Source: a virus
Taxonomy: Duplodnaviria; Caudoviricetes
Virus record (IMG/VR): IMGVR_UViG_3300020413_001405
Location: 1 to 30,834 of that record
Reading direction: 5' to 3' (one strand)
Length of the DNA: 30,834 bases
Shown here in pieces: positions 1-8,869 of the stretch; positions within the stretch are counted from its first letter, which is position 1, and each line of letters starts with the position of its first letter. The translations under genes and the position numbers were made by a program. Under the pieces are notes generated by a model. It was not told where the DNA came from, did not search any database, and worked only from the letters and a program-made list of their open reading frames with translations.

Positions 1-95
1 TAAAGTTGACGTGGAGTTTTGACCATTACTGGGTCATCTGCTCCAAAGTGCTCTGCGGCGGCATTGTATGGGCCGGTATTACTAGTTAATCCCAT
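1..95 (-). CDS. 5' part of a CDS running off the window edge; possibly a tail-tube-associated structural protein
   Basis: ATG at 95 reads MGLTSNTGPYNAAAEHFGADDPVMVKTPRQL... open to the edge; lies 15 nt after the tail tube stop with AAGGTAG upstream. Not in the ORF track. Function inferred from position only. Confidence 0.6.
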   Translation of the reverse strand, partial: MGLTSNTGPYNAAAEHFGADDPVMVKTPRQL

Positions 96-110
96 CTTTT
101 GCTACCTTAA

Positions 111-716
111 TTAAGCCTGTGTACCACCGCCTGTTGCGTTACTTACTGTCTGATCTAAATCAGCACCTGTAAGTGTGGCGTTACCCGCGGCGTCAAAAAT
201 TTCTGCGTTGTCGTATCTAATACCTACTGTTACTTGTACCTGTTCACTGCTTGCATATGCCATATCACCATAGTTTATGTTTGCAATATAACAACCTGCA
301 AGTTCAAATCTGTCTAACACTCCTGGTGTTGGACTTGCACCATCTAGTGTTTCCATAATAGTTTGGAATTTATAACTAGCACCTGCTCTTGGTGAACTTT
401 GGTTTGCGTGGTCTACTTGTCTGTTGAGTTGTGAATTTAATTCTCTAAGCACTACACTATCAACGTCATCTCTAAGTACAATACTAACCGCTTCCCACAT
501 ATGCTTACCTGCAAGATAGATTCTTGAATTGTATGCATCTAATGGAATCTCATCATGTGTGAGACTTGGTCTGGTTGTACTCATAACGCTTCTAGTAGGA
601 GTAGCACTAAAGCCTTCGCCTACAAACGTCACTCTAAAACGATATTGTAGCTTAGGCATAATTGTTGTAGTGTTTCCTGAGTTGTCTGGAACACCTAATG
701 TTGTAATAACTGCCAT
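111..716 (-). CDS. Tail tube protein (T4 gp19-like)
   Basis: PKLQYRFRVTF, YLAGKHMWEAVSIVLRDD, FELAGCYIANINYGDMAY, VTVGIRYDNA match the myovirus tube pattern; GAGGAG SD; directly downstream of the sheath gene. Confidence 0.88.
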   Translation of the reverse strand: MAVITTLGVPDNSGNTTTIMPKLQYRFRVTFVGEGFSATPTRSVMSTTRPSLTHDEIPLDAYNSRIYLAGKHMWEAVSIVLRDDVDSVVLRELNSQLNRQVDHANQSSPRAGASYKFQTIMETLDGASPTPGVLDRFELAGCYIANINYGDMAYASSEQVQVTVGIRYDNAEIFDAAGNATLTGADLDQTVSNATGGGTQA

Positions 717-745
717 TTCGATCTCCTCATAATACCGGCTAATTG

Positions 746-753
746 TATTTATT
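746..753 (-). promoter_or_regulatory. T4-type late promoter-like motif AATAAATA upstream of the tail tube gene
   Basis: Minus strand AATAAATA sits between the sheath terminator and the tube SD. Confidence 0.55.
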
Positions 754-763
754 AAAAAACGCC

Positions 764-793
764 AAAAAAAATGGACAGCCGAAGCCGTCCATT
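764..793 (-). terminator. Rho-independent terminator after the tail sheath gene
   Basis: Minus strand ATGGACGGC-TTCG-GCTGTCCAT followed by a T run; cUUCGg tetraloop typical of T4-like terminators. Confidence 0.9.
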
Positions 794-814
794 AAGTATT
801 ATGTTAATTTTTTA

Positions 815-3304
815 TTAATTAGTTGAACTTAGTGTGCCTGTATTCACTAATCTAATCGGAACGTAAATAAATTCTGCCGCTTTTGCTGGTTCAATAGCAA
901 CATCAACATAAAATTCGTTACGATCAATTCTTGCCGGTGTGTTGTTTGTTTCGTCACAAACCACTGCAAAGTCATTAAGTCCTCTTCTACTTAAAATGTC
1001 TGCGAGGAATCTTTCGAAAACAACTTTGGCTCTTGCTCTAGTCTGTGCGTCATTGATTTCAAACAAGAATGGGCGAGCAATCTCATCAAATCTTTCTCTG
1101 AGATATGCAACCAATCTAGCAACATTAACTCTGTCCAAACTACTTGTTGTAGCATGTAGAGTTTTTTGTCCAAATACTACTGTACCTTGTCCAGGAAATG
1201 TTGTAATAGGATTCAGTTTTGCAGTATACATTGCATCACGTTGTCCTTGTGTAAGGCTGATTGCTTTAAATTCACCTTCTGTTGTAATATGTCCAACTGC
1301 ACTTGCGTTTTGTACAACACCTCTTGTAGTTCCTGCTGGAGCAAACCATTGGAAACTAATGTTGTCATTGTATGCATATGTGTAAAGTGCCATATGACTT
1401 GCTGGAACAGTTACAGTGGCGCCACCTGCAGGTTCTGTTGTTTGTCCTGCTGGATAGTAAACTGCACTATATGTATTCTTAGTAACTAGTCCATCTTCAC
1501 CATTCTCACTTGCACTACCACTATTGTTTGTCCAAGAAATAACATCTGTTGGATTCTTACGCATTGGTGAGTCAATAATAATAAATGCTGTCTCACCTCT
1601 ATCACTGTTTAGTGTGACCATTTCGTCAACTAGTTCTGGATAGTTAGGTGAAGCAATTAAGCTATACTTGTACTGTGGATCTCTAAGATCTGTACCAGCA
1701 ATAGCTGACTGCATTGCAGTTGCAATAACACCACGTTGTGCATATCTGCCAAAACGTCCACTTCCATCTGCATGATTAGAAGTACCATTTCTCCAAGCAC
1801 TTGCTGTACCATTATATGCTCTTACGGTATTTTTACTCTGTGCCATATTGACAACCATCATACCTGCTGGATATACTGCCGGACTTGGTGCTCCTGTGAT
1901 TGGTGCTCCACCGCCAGCTGTATCATCAATATCTGCAAACAATACACCTGTTGAAGTTGTTTGATCTGAGTTATCATGTAATACCCATGCACTGTTACCT
2001 GCATTTCTGACATAAATTTTTGGATATGCACGTTCATTTGCTTGATTTTGTCCAGCTAATGTTGTGTCAACCCATACGTCACCTCCACTAGGAGCCGTTG
2101 GAGCAGTTGTTGAATATGTTGCACTAGCGGCTACATATGCACCACCTGTTACTTTATATAGGTCTAAACTGTTGATTGTGTCATCAAACCAATATGTACC
2201 ATCTGCCACTGTAGCAGTTGGAGTTGCGGCTTGTGCCAATACTGTAGTTGCTGAAATATCGCCTACTGCACCGCCGGCTACAATTTCTCTTACTACAATA
2301 GTTGCTTTTGTATTTGCTTGCATATCAAGTAGATAGTTACCAACTACGGCTGTTGATGTTGTAAGAACAGCAACACTTGATCCGTCTTGTGCAACAAAAT
2401 CACCAATTGCGCCTGCGCCATCTGCCATTGTAGTTGAAATACCTTGAACAGTTGCGGCAATAAATGTATTGCTTGCATATGTGTTTAATGCTAATGCTAA
2501 ACCATTACCTGGTCTTGTGGTTTTCACCCAAACATCGTTATCGCCTGGTCCAGTTGGAGCACTATAATGTTCATCATAGGTTACAGTTTCACCGCTACTT
2601 AAAACAGTATCACTATCTAATATTTCCCACGCACCACCTACGCCATAAAAATATTCAATACTCATTTGACGTGCGGCACTTACTGATGCTTCGTTGTCAA
2701 CGTGTACAACAACAAGAAATGTTCCGTTTGTTGATGCACTTGCGGCTGTGGCTGGTGTGTGTACATCACCGCCAACATCTGTACCATCGTCTACATTAAT
2801 TTCAACTGCTGGAATTTTGTTTACCCATTTACTAGTTGCGTTGTTGTATTGGTGAATACCAAACTTACTAGCATCTGTATCTAGCCATAATGTATTGGCT
2901 GTAGTATAAGCCGCCGTTGGTGCGGTTGTACTTGCTTCTAATTGTCCCAAACTTAAATCTGCCCTTACAACAAATGCTTGGTTACCTTGTCCTAGATAAC
3001 TGTAAGCCGCCATAAGACCATATTCGCTGGTTTCACTGCCTTGTACTACACTAGCTCCGCTTGTGGTAAATGATGGATTACCAAAAAACTGTGAAAGTTC
3101 TCTTTGACTTGTTACTTTCACAACCTTGCCTGCTTGGGCACTTTTGGTAAATTTTGCAATACCGTCAGCTTCACTTCCTGTAGGATCTGTTTTGTCCTGA
3201 CGTGTTGCAACCATTAGTAGTGGTACTGTACCAGCGCCGGGGGCACCATAGGCACTTTCATCTACTACGGATACATTTACACCAGGGGATACTAATACTG
3301 CCAT
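815..3304 (-). CDS. Tail sheath protein (T4 gp18-like), 829 aa, with a large central insertion
   Basis: N-terminal LVSPGVNVSVVDES; C-terminal WFAPAGTTRG, LNPITTFPGQGTVVFGQKTL, DRVNVARL, VVCDETNNTPARIDRNE, AEFIYVPI. Start moved to ATG 3304 (AAGGAG SD) from the track's GTG at 3352. Confidence 0.95.
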   Translation of the reverse strand: MAVLVSPGVNVSVVDESAYGAPGAGTVPLLMVATRQDKTDPTGSEADGIAKFTKSAQAGKVVKVTSQRELSQFFGNPSFTTSGASVVQGSETSEYGLMAAYSYLGQGNQAFVVRADLSLGQLEASTTAPTAAYTTANTLWLDTDASKFGIHQYNNATSKWVNKIPAVEINVDDGTDVGGDVHTPATAASASTNGTFLVVVHVDNEASVSAARQMSIEYFYGVGGAWEILDSDTVLSSGETVTYDEHYSAPTGPGDNDVWVKTTRPGNGLALALNTYASNTFIAATVQGISTTMADGAGAIGDFVAQDGSSVAVLTTSTAVVGNYLLDMQANTKATIVVREIVAGGAVGDISATTVLAQAATPTATVADGTYWFDDTINSLDLYKVTGGAYVAASATYSTTAPTAPSGGDVWVDTTLAGQNQANERAYPKIYVRNAGNSAWVLHDNSDQTTSTGVLFADIDDTAGGGAPITGAPSPAVYPAGMMVVNMAQSKNTVRAYNGTASAWRNGTSNHADGSGRFGRYAQRGVIATAMQSAIAGTDLRDPQYKYSLIASPNYPELVDEMVTLNSDRGETAFIIIDSPMRKNPTDVISWTNNSGSASENGEDGLVTKNTYSAVYYPAGQTTEPAGGATVTVPASHMALYTYAYNDNISFQWFAPAGTTRGVVQNASAVGHITTEGEFKAISLTQGQRDAMYTAKLNPITTFPGQGTVVFGQKTLHATTSSLDRVNVARLVAYLRERFDEIARPFLFEINDAQTRARAKVVFERFLADILSRRGLNDFAVVCDETNNTPARIDRNEFYVDVAIEPAKAAEFIYVPIRLVNTGTLSSTN

Positions 3305-3402
3305 GTCTTTCTCCTTATAAAAGTATTTGCTAGTAGTATTTACCTGGACCACTATATATCTGGGTGGTTATGTAGATTAACCTAGTAGTTAATGATTTAG
3401 TC

Positions 3403-3432
3403 AAAAAAATAGGACCCGTAGGTCCTATTTTT
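3403..3432 (-). terminator. Rho-independent terminator, possibly bidirectional
   Basis: Minus strand AAAAATAGGACC-TACG-GGTCCTATTTTTTT; perfect stem, cUACGg loop, just after the stop of the 82-aa gene. Confidence 0.88.
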
Positions 3433-3449
3433 AGACATTGTATTGGTTA

Positions 3450-3698
3450 TTAGCCAATAAACATTTTTGCTCTACTACCGTTAACGTCACGAGCAGTAAT
3501 GCTATACCTAGTTGCGCCAGTAGTTGCAACATCAGTTTTAACATTAAGACCAGCTGATTTCATTTCGCTCATCCTTGCAGGAAGTTGCTGAATTCCAAAT
3601 CTAGCTTTTGCGTCTTTGGCAGTTAAAGTTTTACCAGTACCTCTTAGATAAGTTTCCAAGAAAGTCTTCTGGTTAGTAGTTAGTTTTGTAAAAGCCAT
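3450..3698 (-). CDS. Small basic winged helix-turn-helix protein, putative DNA binding
   Basis: LETYLRGTGKTLTAKDAKARFGIQQLPARMSEMKSAGLNV resembles phage HTH_39-type wHTH; GGAGG SD; has its own promoter and terminator. Confidence 0.65.
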   Translation of the reverse strand: MAFTKLTTNQKTFLETYLRGTGKTLTAKDAKARFGIQQLPARMSEMKSAGLNVKTDVATTGATRYSITARDVNGSRAKMFIG

Positions 3699-3744
3699 AA
3701 TGTGCCTCCAGTTAAGTTTAAGGATTATTCCTTAGTATTCATGC

Positions 3745-3773
3745 AGTATAACACCACATAAATTAGTTGTCAA
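3745..3773 (-). promoter_or_regulatory. sigma70-type (early) promoter
   Basis: Minus strand aaaaaggTTGACA-17 nt-TATACT with extended -10 TG. Confidence 0.8.
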
Positions 3774-3784
3774 CCTTTTTGTAG

Positions 3785-4792
3785 TTAAAATTTAACAGTT
3801 TTTCCTACTGTAAAATCTTTAGTCATTTCGTTGTAATAAGAATCTGGTATCTTCTTAGATTGGCAACAAGCTACCGTATTACAAGGATACCCGATTTCTT
3901 CGTATTGCCTGTTTTTTAATTTTTTAATAAATTCTAGTCTTCGTTGACTTTCGAATATTTCTTGCACAGTTTGAAACTTGACATTGCCTAATACAATATC
4001 ATTGTTATCATCCAAACAACAAGGATACCAAGCACCATTTGGTGCAATGTAGGCTTCATGTTGTACTCTAGTAAACATTGGACAATCCATTTTACTTTGA
4101 TCTAAATTTAGTTTTTCTTTATTCTTAAGAAAAGTTTTACGTTCAGCCCAAAACCCACTTTGGCTATGTCTTACATGAATACCATAAGGTTCAGTAATAT
4201 GTTTTAAACTTGCTTTTACTTCTTCAAAATTACTGTAAGGTACTTCATCGTTCTGTACTTGATGAGGAGCATCTCGGAATAGTGCATTCACTGTTATGCT
4301 ATACTCAAATGCAGGCATCACGTTAATTACAAAACGCATATCTGGATGATATTTTTCTCTCATTCTTAAAAAATATTTTAAATTTTTAATAACTGTGTTA
4401 TAACTTATTTTTTTAACTGCACGATAACTGTCAGCATCATGTCCGTCTATGTTCAATTGAAATTCATATATTGCTTGTGTCTTACAAATGTCTTCACTTA
4501 ATTTACGAGTCATCAGACCAAAGTTGCTCAACATGTTCAACTTTGTGTTGGGCAATTTTTGTTTGGCATAACTTAATATTTCAATGAAATCTTTGTTGTA
4601 TATTGCTTCGCCATTTTCACTAAAATGCATTCCTTCTAAATCGTAATCAAATTGGCTTGCTTCATCTATAATTTTAAAAGCCATCTCTTTGGGCATGTCA
4701 AAATTATGGTTTGTGCCTCTACTAGTAGGACACCAAATACATTTTGCATTACATCTATTACTAAGTGCAAGATTTATATGTGTTAATTTCAT
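3785..4792 (-). CDS. Radical SAM protein with C-terminal SPASM/twitch-like domain
   Basis: CNAKCIWC (CxxxCxxC), SENGE, NIDG; C-terminal CPMF...YIAPNGAWYPCCLD...LGNV...CNTVACC. Confidence 0.88.
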   Translation of the reverse strand: MKLTHINLALSNRCNAKCIWCPTSRGTNHNFDMPKEMAFKIIDEASQFDYDLEGMHFSENGEAIYNKDFIEILSYAKQKLPNTKLNMLSNFGLMTRKLSEDICKTQAIYEFQLNIDGHDADSYRAVKKISYNTVIKNLKYFLRMREKYHPDMRFVINVMPAFEYSITVNALFRDAPHQVQNDEVPYSNFEEVKASLKHITEPYGIHVRHSQSGFWAERKTFLKNKEKLNLDQSKMDCPMFTRVQHEAYIAPNGAWYPCCLDDNNDIVLGNVKFQTVQEIFESQRRLEFIKKLKNRQYEEIGYPCNTVACCQSKKIPDSYYNEMTKDFTVGKTVKF

Positions 4793-5491
4793 TCACTTGA
4801 ACACCGCATACCCAGTTCTTGGTCCAGGATAATTGCCTTTGTTATCTACAACATCAGCATCAATAACCCTATGGTTACTCCAACCATTGGCATTAATATT
4901 GCCTACTTTGCCTTTCCAAAAAGTATTCCAAGAAATAGTAACTCTAGGTGTATCTCCTTGAACTGGTTGAACCATATGACCTGTAGTACTGAGAAAAATT
5001 ACAACATGATTTTTTAAATTGTTTTCATCACCAATCAAATCTTTTATACTATAATATGCTCTTCTAGTTCCTGTCCGCCAATAAGGAACTGGAGTTATTT
5101 CATTTTCAAATGTTAAATTTAAATTATCTTGTGTATCACTTAAAAACATAACACCACTAACAACACTAAAAGGATGTTGATGTAGATGATGCTCTTCGCC
5201 TTTTACTGATTGATTTGCCCAGCTTTCAGTAATTTGTAAATCTTCAAATGAATGAGTTGGATCATCCATCCAAAAATTTCTCAGATATTGTGCAGATTCA
5301 TTTTTCAATGCTTCGCCTAGTTGTGCAAACTCTGGCATTTTACACATATCTTTTTCTTCTGTTATACTGTTTTTTATATTTTCTATTAATTCCAATTCGC
5401 TTACATTTTTTCTAACACTATCACAATCAACAGTATCAGACAAGTCTTTTACCAATATCGGAAGTTGGGCTATATTTAATGCTTGATCCAT
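4793..5491 (-). CDS. 2OG-Fe(II) oxygenase-like protein (TIGR02466 type)
   Basis: SWANQS...HHLHQHPFSVVSGVMFL...VIFLSTTGHMVQP...RVTISWN; stop abuts the radical SAM start (TGAATG). Confidence 0.8.
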   Translation of the reverse strand: MDQALNIAQLPILVKDLSDTVDCDSVRKNVSELELIENIKNSITEEKDMCKMPEFAQLGEALKNESAQYLRNFWMDDPTHSFEDLQITESWANQSVKGEEHHLHQHPFSVVSGVMFLSDTQDNLNLTFENEITPVPYWRTGTRRAYYSIKDLIGDENNLKNHVVIFLSTTGHMVQPVQGDTPRVTISWNTFWKGKVGNINANGWSNHRVIDADVVDNKGNYPGPRTGYAVFK

Positions 5492-5496
5492 ATGTG

Positions 5497-5503
5497 TACT
5501 TAT
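5497..5503 (-). promoter_or_regulatory. Late promoter variant ATAAGTA, 5 nt before the ATG
   Basis: Minus strand gATAAGTA-cacat-ATG; same spacing as four other sites in the window. Confidence 0.5.
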
Positions 5504-5713
5504 CTAACCCCAATCTTTGAAGTCGCCAGCTTCTTCATTATCATTAAAGCCTTTGGTATAGGCAGTAATTTCTGCTGGTGTCATCATTTCCATTGGAATA
5601 CATTCGCTTTGCATACTAGCGCCTGTATAATAATGAGGGTGATATCCTCTTTGATAGTAGCTGTCTGCTCCACCTCGGTCATAAGGACCACCATGTCTAT
5701 CATCGTATGTCAT
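5504..5713 (-). CDS. Hypothetical phage protein (RHGGPYDRGGADSYY motif)
   Basis: 69-aa ORF with AGGAGA SD; last gene of a tightly packed small-gene operon. Confidence 0.75.
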   Translation of the reverse strand: MTYDDRHGGPYDRGGADSYYQRGYHPHYYTGASMQSECIPMEMMTPAEITAYTKGFNDNEEAGDFKDWG

Positions 5714-5722
5714 ATCTTTCTC

Positions 5723-5887
5723 CTATCCAAAAAACCATATTAACAATGCACCAACAACTATCCAAGGTGCATACTTCCATCCAATTTTTATTGCGCCAAA
5801 TACTACTGCTAAAAAAACACCAGCACTGACACCACCAATTATGAGAGGTTTTAATACCTCCCATGCTAGGTCAACATCTCCTCCCAT
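5723..5887 (-). CDS. Small membrane protein, 54 aa, two hydrophobic segments
   Basis: Own translation: MGGDVDLAWEVLKPLIIGGVSAGVFLAVVFGAIKIGWKYAPWIVVGALLIWFFG*; TAATG-coupled to the upstream ORF; fills the gap; absent from the track. Confidence 0.75.
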   Translation of the reverse strand: MGGDVDLAWEVLKPLIIGGVSAGVFLAVVFGAIKIGWKYAPWIVVGALLIWFFG

Positions 5888-6057
5888 TAATCGAAGATCC
5901 GGACTACGCCAAGGTCAATATCGTCGAAGACCTTTTGCATAGCTTGCATAATCCAAGCCTGATTATTTTTTTCAGCTTCTAGATAAGCATTCTGCAATGC
6001 TTCTAGTTCTGCCATTGAGATAGCTTTTACCTCAGTTTTAAGATAAGTATACGCCAT
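5887..6057 (-). CDS. Hypothetical protein, 56 aa
   Basis: Start refined to ATG 6057 (MAYTYLK...), TAATG overlap with the upstream gene, GGAGG SD. Confidence 0.7.
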   Translation of the reverse strand: MAYTYLKTEVKAISMAELEALQNAYLEAEKNNQAWIMQAMQKVFDDIDLGVVRIFD

Positions 6058-6467
6058 TAAGCCGCCTCCATCCATCGGTTAAGTGTGTTAACATCTACGC
6101 TCAGCGAACTAGCAAGTTCAGCTATACGTTTTTCTTCTGCCGCCTGGTATGCTTTATCTTCTTCAATTTGGGCATCCATTTCAGCACATGCTTCTTTAAC
6201 AAGTTTTTCCAACTGTGCATCTGACATAGTTGAAAAATCGAAACTGCGAGCATAGCCTTTGCTATATGCGTCAGCAGTTGCATAGTAGGCACTTTCTTCA
6301 AGTTCGATACGTTCGAACTCTGCTAGAGTACCACTAGGAACACGTTGGCTCCAATAAGCAGTATCAGATGCTTCAGGCAACATACCCATCCAGCAATCAG
6401 GTTGTTTGCTGAATTCAATAGCTTCAGCACGTTGAGCATTGATATAATCAGTTAAATCCTGTTGCAT
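6057..6467 (-). CDS. Hypothetical acidic phage protein
   Basis: 136-aa ORF, AGGAG SD; C-terminal IAELASSLSVDVNTLNRW is weakly HTH-like. Confidence 0.75.
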   Translation of the reverse strand: MQQDLTDYINAQRAEAIEFSKQPDCWMGMLPEASDTAYWSQRVPSGTLAEFERIELEESAYYATADAYSKGYARSFDFSTMSDAQLEKLVKEACAEMDAQIEEDKAYQAAEEKRIAELASSLSVDVNTLNRWMEAA

Positions 6468-6476
6468 TATAATCTC

Positions 6477-6713
6477 CTAAGCTACAAAAAGTGGTTTCAT
6501 TTTTGAGAACACTTTGTTAAAAGCATTCACTTCATATTCAAAATGCTCAAAGAATACATCATCATCTTCAGCATCGGACTTGCAATGTTCTTCCCAAGCC
6601 ATATTCATTGCTTCCATACCTTCAAGCATACTGCCATTACCAAAGTTTTTAATTGTACGACATGCATCATCAAAGGTCACATTCATCTCATAAAAGCTAG
6701 GGATCTTAAACAT
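6477..6713 (-). CDS. Hypothetical protein, first gene of the early island
   Basis: 78-aa ORF with AAGGAG SD directly behind a sigma70 promoter. Confidence 0.75.
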   Translation of the reverse strand: MFKIPSFYEMNVTFDDACRTIKNFGNGSMLEGMEAMNMAWEEHCKSDAEDDDVFFEHFEYEVNAFNKVFSKMKPLFVA

Positions 6714-6744
6714 CTATCAACTCCTTGTTTCTAACTATACATAC

Positions 6745-6773
6745 ACTATAGCACCAAGATGTCATACTGTCAA
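6745..6773 (-). promoter_or_regulatory. sigma70-type (early) promoter
   Basis: Minus strand aaaaaggTTGACA-17 nt-TATAGT; shares flanks (AAAAAGG, TGGTG) with the promoter at 3745-3773. Confidence 0.8.
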
Positions 6774-6779
6774 CCTTTT

Positions 6780-7370
6780 TTATAACATTTTTTGTAATTT
6801 TTTTAATAAATCTTCCAAACTACCATCATTTTGTATGATTTGTTCAAATTCACTGTCTTTATCAATCCAAGCCCATTCACTGGCATGTACATCACTAGGA
6901 TTTGTGCCATTATCACGTTTATCTATAAACCATTTTGGTAATTCACCTCTGCGTACTTGCCATACTTGACCTTGTACACTTTGTATCATTTTAACTTCGT
7001 TTGGAAAACGTACATCAGGTATTACCCAATTTTTATCTGGATTTTCTAATATTTTTTGTTTCACTAAACTTACCCAGATGCCGTCAAAAAATCCGTTACG
7101 CATACAATCAGTGCCAAATAACTGAAGCACAAGGCGAGGAGTAACTTCTTTGCCTGTTTCGTTTGACCAGAACACATCAGCTTTTTCTCTCCATATTCTA
7201 CTGCGATCTGTGTCACCTTCTAACATATCTCTATCCCAACCAAAAACACTAGCTACGCCGTCTTTCAATTTGTCAGCGAAACTTAGCTTTTCAAAGTTGT
7301 GATTTTCAACTAAAATATCGGCAACAGTTCCTTTGCCACTGCCGATTAAACCGCATATACCAATTATCAT
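6780..7370 (-). CDS. Deoxynucleoside monophosphate kinase (T4 gp1-like)
   Basis: GICGLIGSGKGT P-loop, SFADKLKD, TPRLVLQLFGTD, DVRFPNE, HASE, IQNDGS. Confidence 0.92.
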   Translation of the reverse strand: MIIGICGLIGSGKGTVADILVENHNFEKLSFADKLKDGVASVFGWDRDMLEGDTDRSRIWREKADVFWSNETGKEVTPRLVLQLFGTDCMRNGFFDGIWVSLVKQKILENPDKNWVIPDVRFPNEVKMIQSVQGQVWQVRRGELPKWFIDKRDNGTNPSDVHASEWAWIDKDSEFEQIIQNDGSLEDLLKKLQKML

Positions 7371-7397
7371 TGATACTCCAATCTTTTGCTTTAGTTA

Positions 7398-7426
7398 ATA
7401 ATATTAGAAATTTTTGGTAAAGTCAA
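7398..7426 (-). promoter_or_regulatory. sigma70-type promoter for dNMP kinase
   Basis: Minus strand ggTTGACT-17 nt-TATTAT. Confidence 0.6.
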
Positions 7427-8163
7427 CCAATAATTACGCCAAGTCCAGCTTGCCCGTCAACATAGTACTTGAGATCGTCTTCCAATTTGTCTATAGTTGT
7501 AAGAGCATCATTACGCAATGAATCAGCATTAAGACTTGTTCCGCCTTGTGGTCCTGCGATAGTATTGAATTTGCCTCTGGCTTCAGCAAGCATTAGTTTT
7601 GCTTGAGCTAGTGCATATTCTTTTATCCATGGTAGGCTATAAGGATCTGTTAACAGTTCTTCATCACTTCTATGTTTGTACACATGAATATAAACTGTAT
7701 CATCTGCTTTTATTTTTCTATGTAACAATAGCTTCTTTGTTACTGTATTCCAAGTAAATGTATATTCACCGCCAAACATTTTAGCCAAATGTTCTCTGTG
7801 TTGTGCTAGTGCATCATAAATGCCTAAACCACCTGCTCTACCACTGTACAATAAAAAGTTATTTAGATATGCAGTTTCAAACGGTTCAATATCACCACTG
7901 CTAGCACTATTAAGTGTACCACTACTACGTCTATAAACATCTTTAACTTCTATAACTTCATTGTCTAGAGTGTATTCAGCTACTTCTCTGATAAGGTCTA
8001 GTTTTACAAATGCTTCTTCCAACGCATTTTCACTACGTTGTCTGTATTTTTCAAAACTTTTTTTGATACTCAAATCATAATGTTCAGGGTCAAGTTCTAC
8101 GTCGACCATCTGACCACCAAGTCTAAGTTCTATCTCTTTTGTTAATTCATCTACCTGTGCCAT
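7423..8163 (-). CDS. Neck protein (T4 gp13-like)
   Basis: LRLGGQMVDVELD, WIKEYALAQAKLMLAEARGKFNTIAGPQGGTSLNAD and terminal IIG fit the gp13 pattern. Confidence 0.85.
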   Translation of the reverse strand: MAQVDELTKEIELRLGGQMVDVELDPEHYDLSIKKSFEKYRQRSENALEEAFVKLDLIREVAEYTLDNEVIEVKDVYRRSSGTLNSASSGDIEPFETAYLNNFLLYSGRAGGLGIYDALAQHREHLAKMFGGEYTFTWNTVTKKLLLHRKIKADDTVYIHVYKHRSDEELLTDPYSLPWIKEYALAQAKLMLAEARGKFNTIAGPQGGTSLNADSLRNDALTTIDKLEDDLKYYVDGQAGLGVIIG

Positions 8164-8168
8164 ACTAA

Positions 8169-8175
8169 TATTTAT
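8169..8175 (-). promoter_or_regulatory. Late promoter ATAAATA, 5 nt before the neck gene ATG
   Basis: Minus strand gATAAATA-ttagt-ATG. Confidence 0.7.
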
Positions 8176-8864
8176 CCGTTATAGTAATCCGCAGTATACT
8201 TGAGCAGTTGTTTTAATTCTTTGCTATTAGGTTCAAAAACCTGTCTATATCTGGCATAGCTTGGCAAGTCATCTTTATATGCTTCTGGATTGCGTAACAC
8301 TTGTTCAGGATTGTTTGTATCTTTAATCTCACTAGCAAGGTCACTAGCATATGCCATAAGTTCATGTGGATCACGCAAATACTCACGCATCCAATCCATT
8401 TGATTACCAGTCTTATTTGCTAGTTCAGTGCCTTTTTGGTGACCACTTTTAATTTTGTTTACACGATCCAAACCTATTTTAGCATACTGATTCCAATGGA
8501 TAGTTTCGTGTGCTAGCATACGCATTACTAGTTGTTTAAAAGTTTTTGGTCCATACTTGCCTTCTAAATTTTTAGTAAACAAATATACTTGCATAAACTT
8601 GCCGTTTTTGTCTATACCAGCTTCTGCACTTATCCATTCATTGGGATCTTTACGTTCTGCATCGGTGGCAATAAACTCTATTGGCAAGTCATCATAGTTG
8701 TTTTGGTTGAGTATTTCTTCAAACTCGAAGATGTCATCAACATCTCCGTTGTCATTTAAATATTTTTGATACTCTTCTATACTGTCGTCAATAATTTGCT
8801 CTACCTGACTCATAAATTTTTTGTCAGGTTCTACCCGTGCTTCGACTAGTTCATGCAATCTCAT
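8172..8864 (-). CDS. Hypothetical protein with HExxH zincin-like motif
   Basis: LAHETIHWNQ with downstream YLRDPHELMAYA (candidate third-ligand Glu); N-terminal MRLHELVEA. Confidence 0.7.
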   Translation of the reverse strand: MRLHELVEARVEPDKKFMSQVEQIIDDSIEEYQKYLNDNGDVDDIFEFEEILNQNNYDDLPIEFIATDAERKDPNEWISAEAGIDKNGKFMQVYLFTKNLEGKYGPKTFKQLVMRMLAHETIHWNQYAKIGLDRVNKIKSGHQKGTELANKTGNQMDWMREYLRDPHELMAYASDLASEIKDTNNPEQVLRNPEAYKDDLPSYARYRQVFEPNSKELKQLLKYTADYYNG

Positions 8865-8869
8865 ACAAG

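Noticed and set aside
529-2799. Plus-strand ORFs inside the tube and sheath genes
   Set aside because: Antisense shadows of well-supported genes; no SD or recognisable motifs.
3745-6773. Two similar promoters exactly 3000 nt apart
   Set aside because: Intervening sequence is non-repetitive; spacing treated as coincidence.
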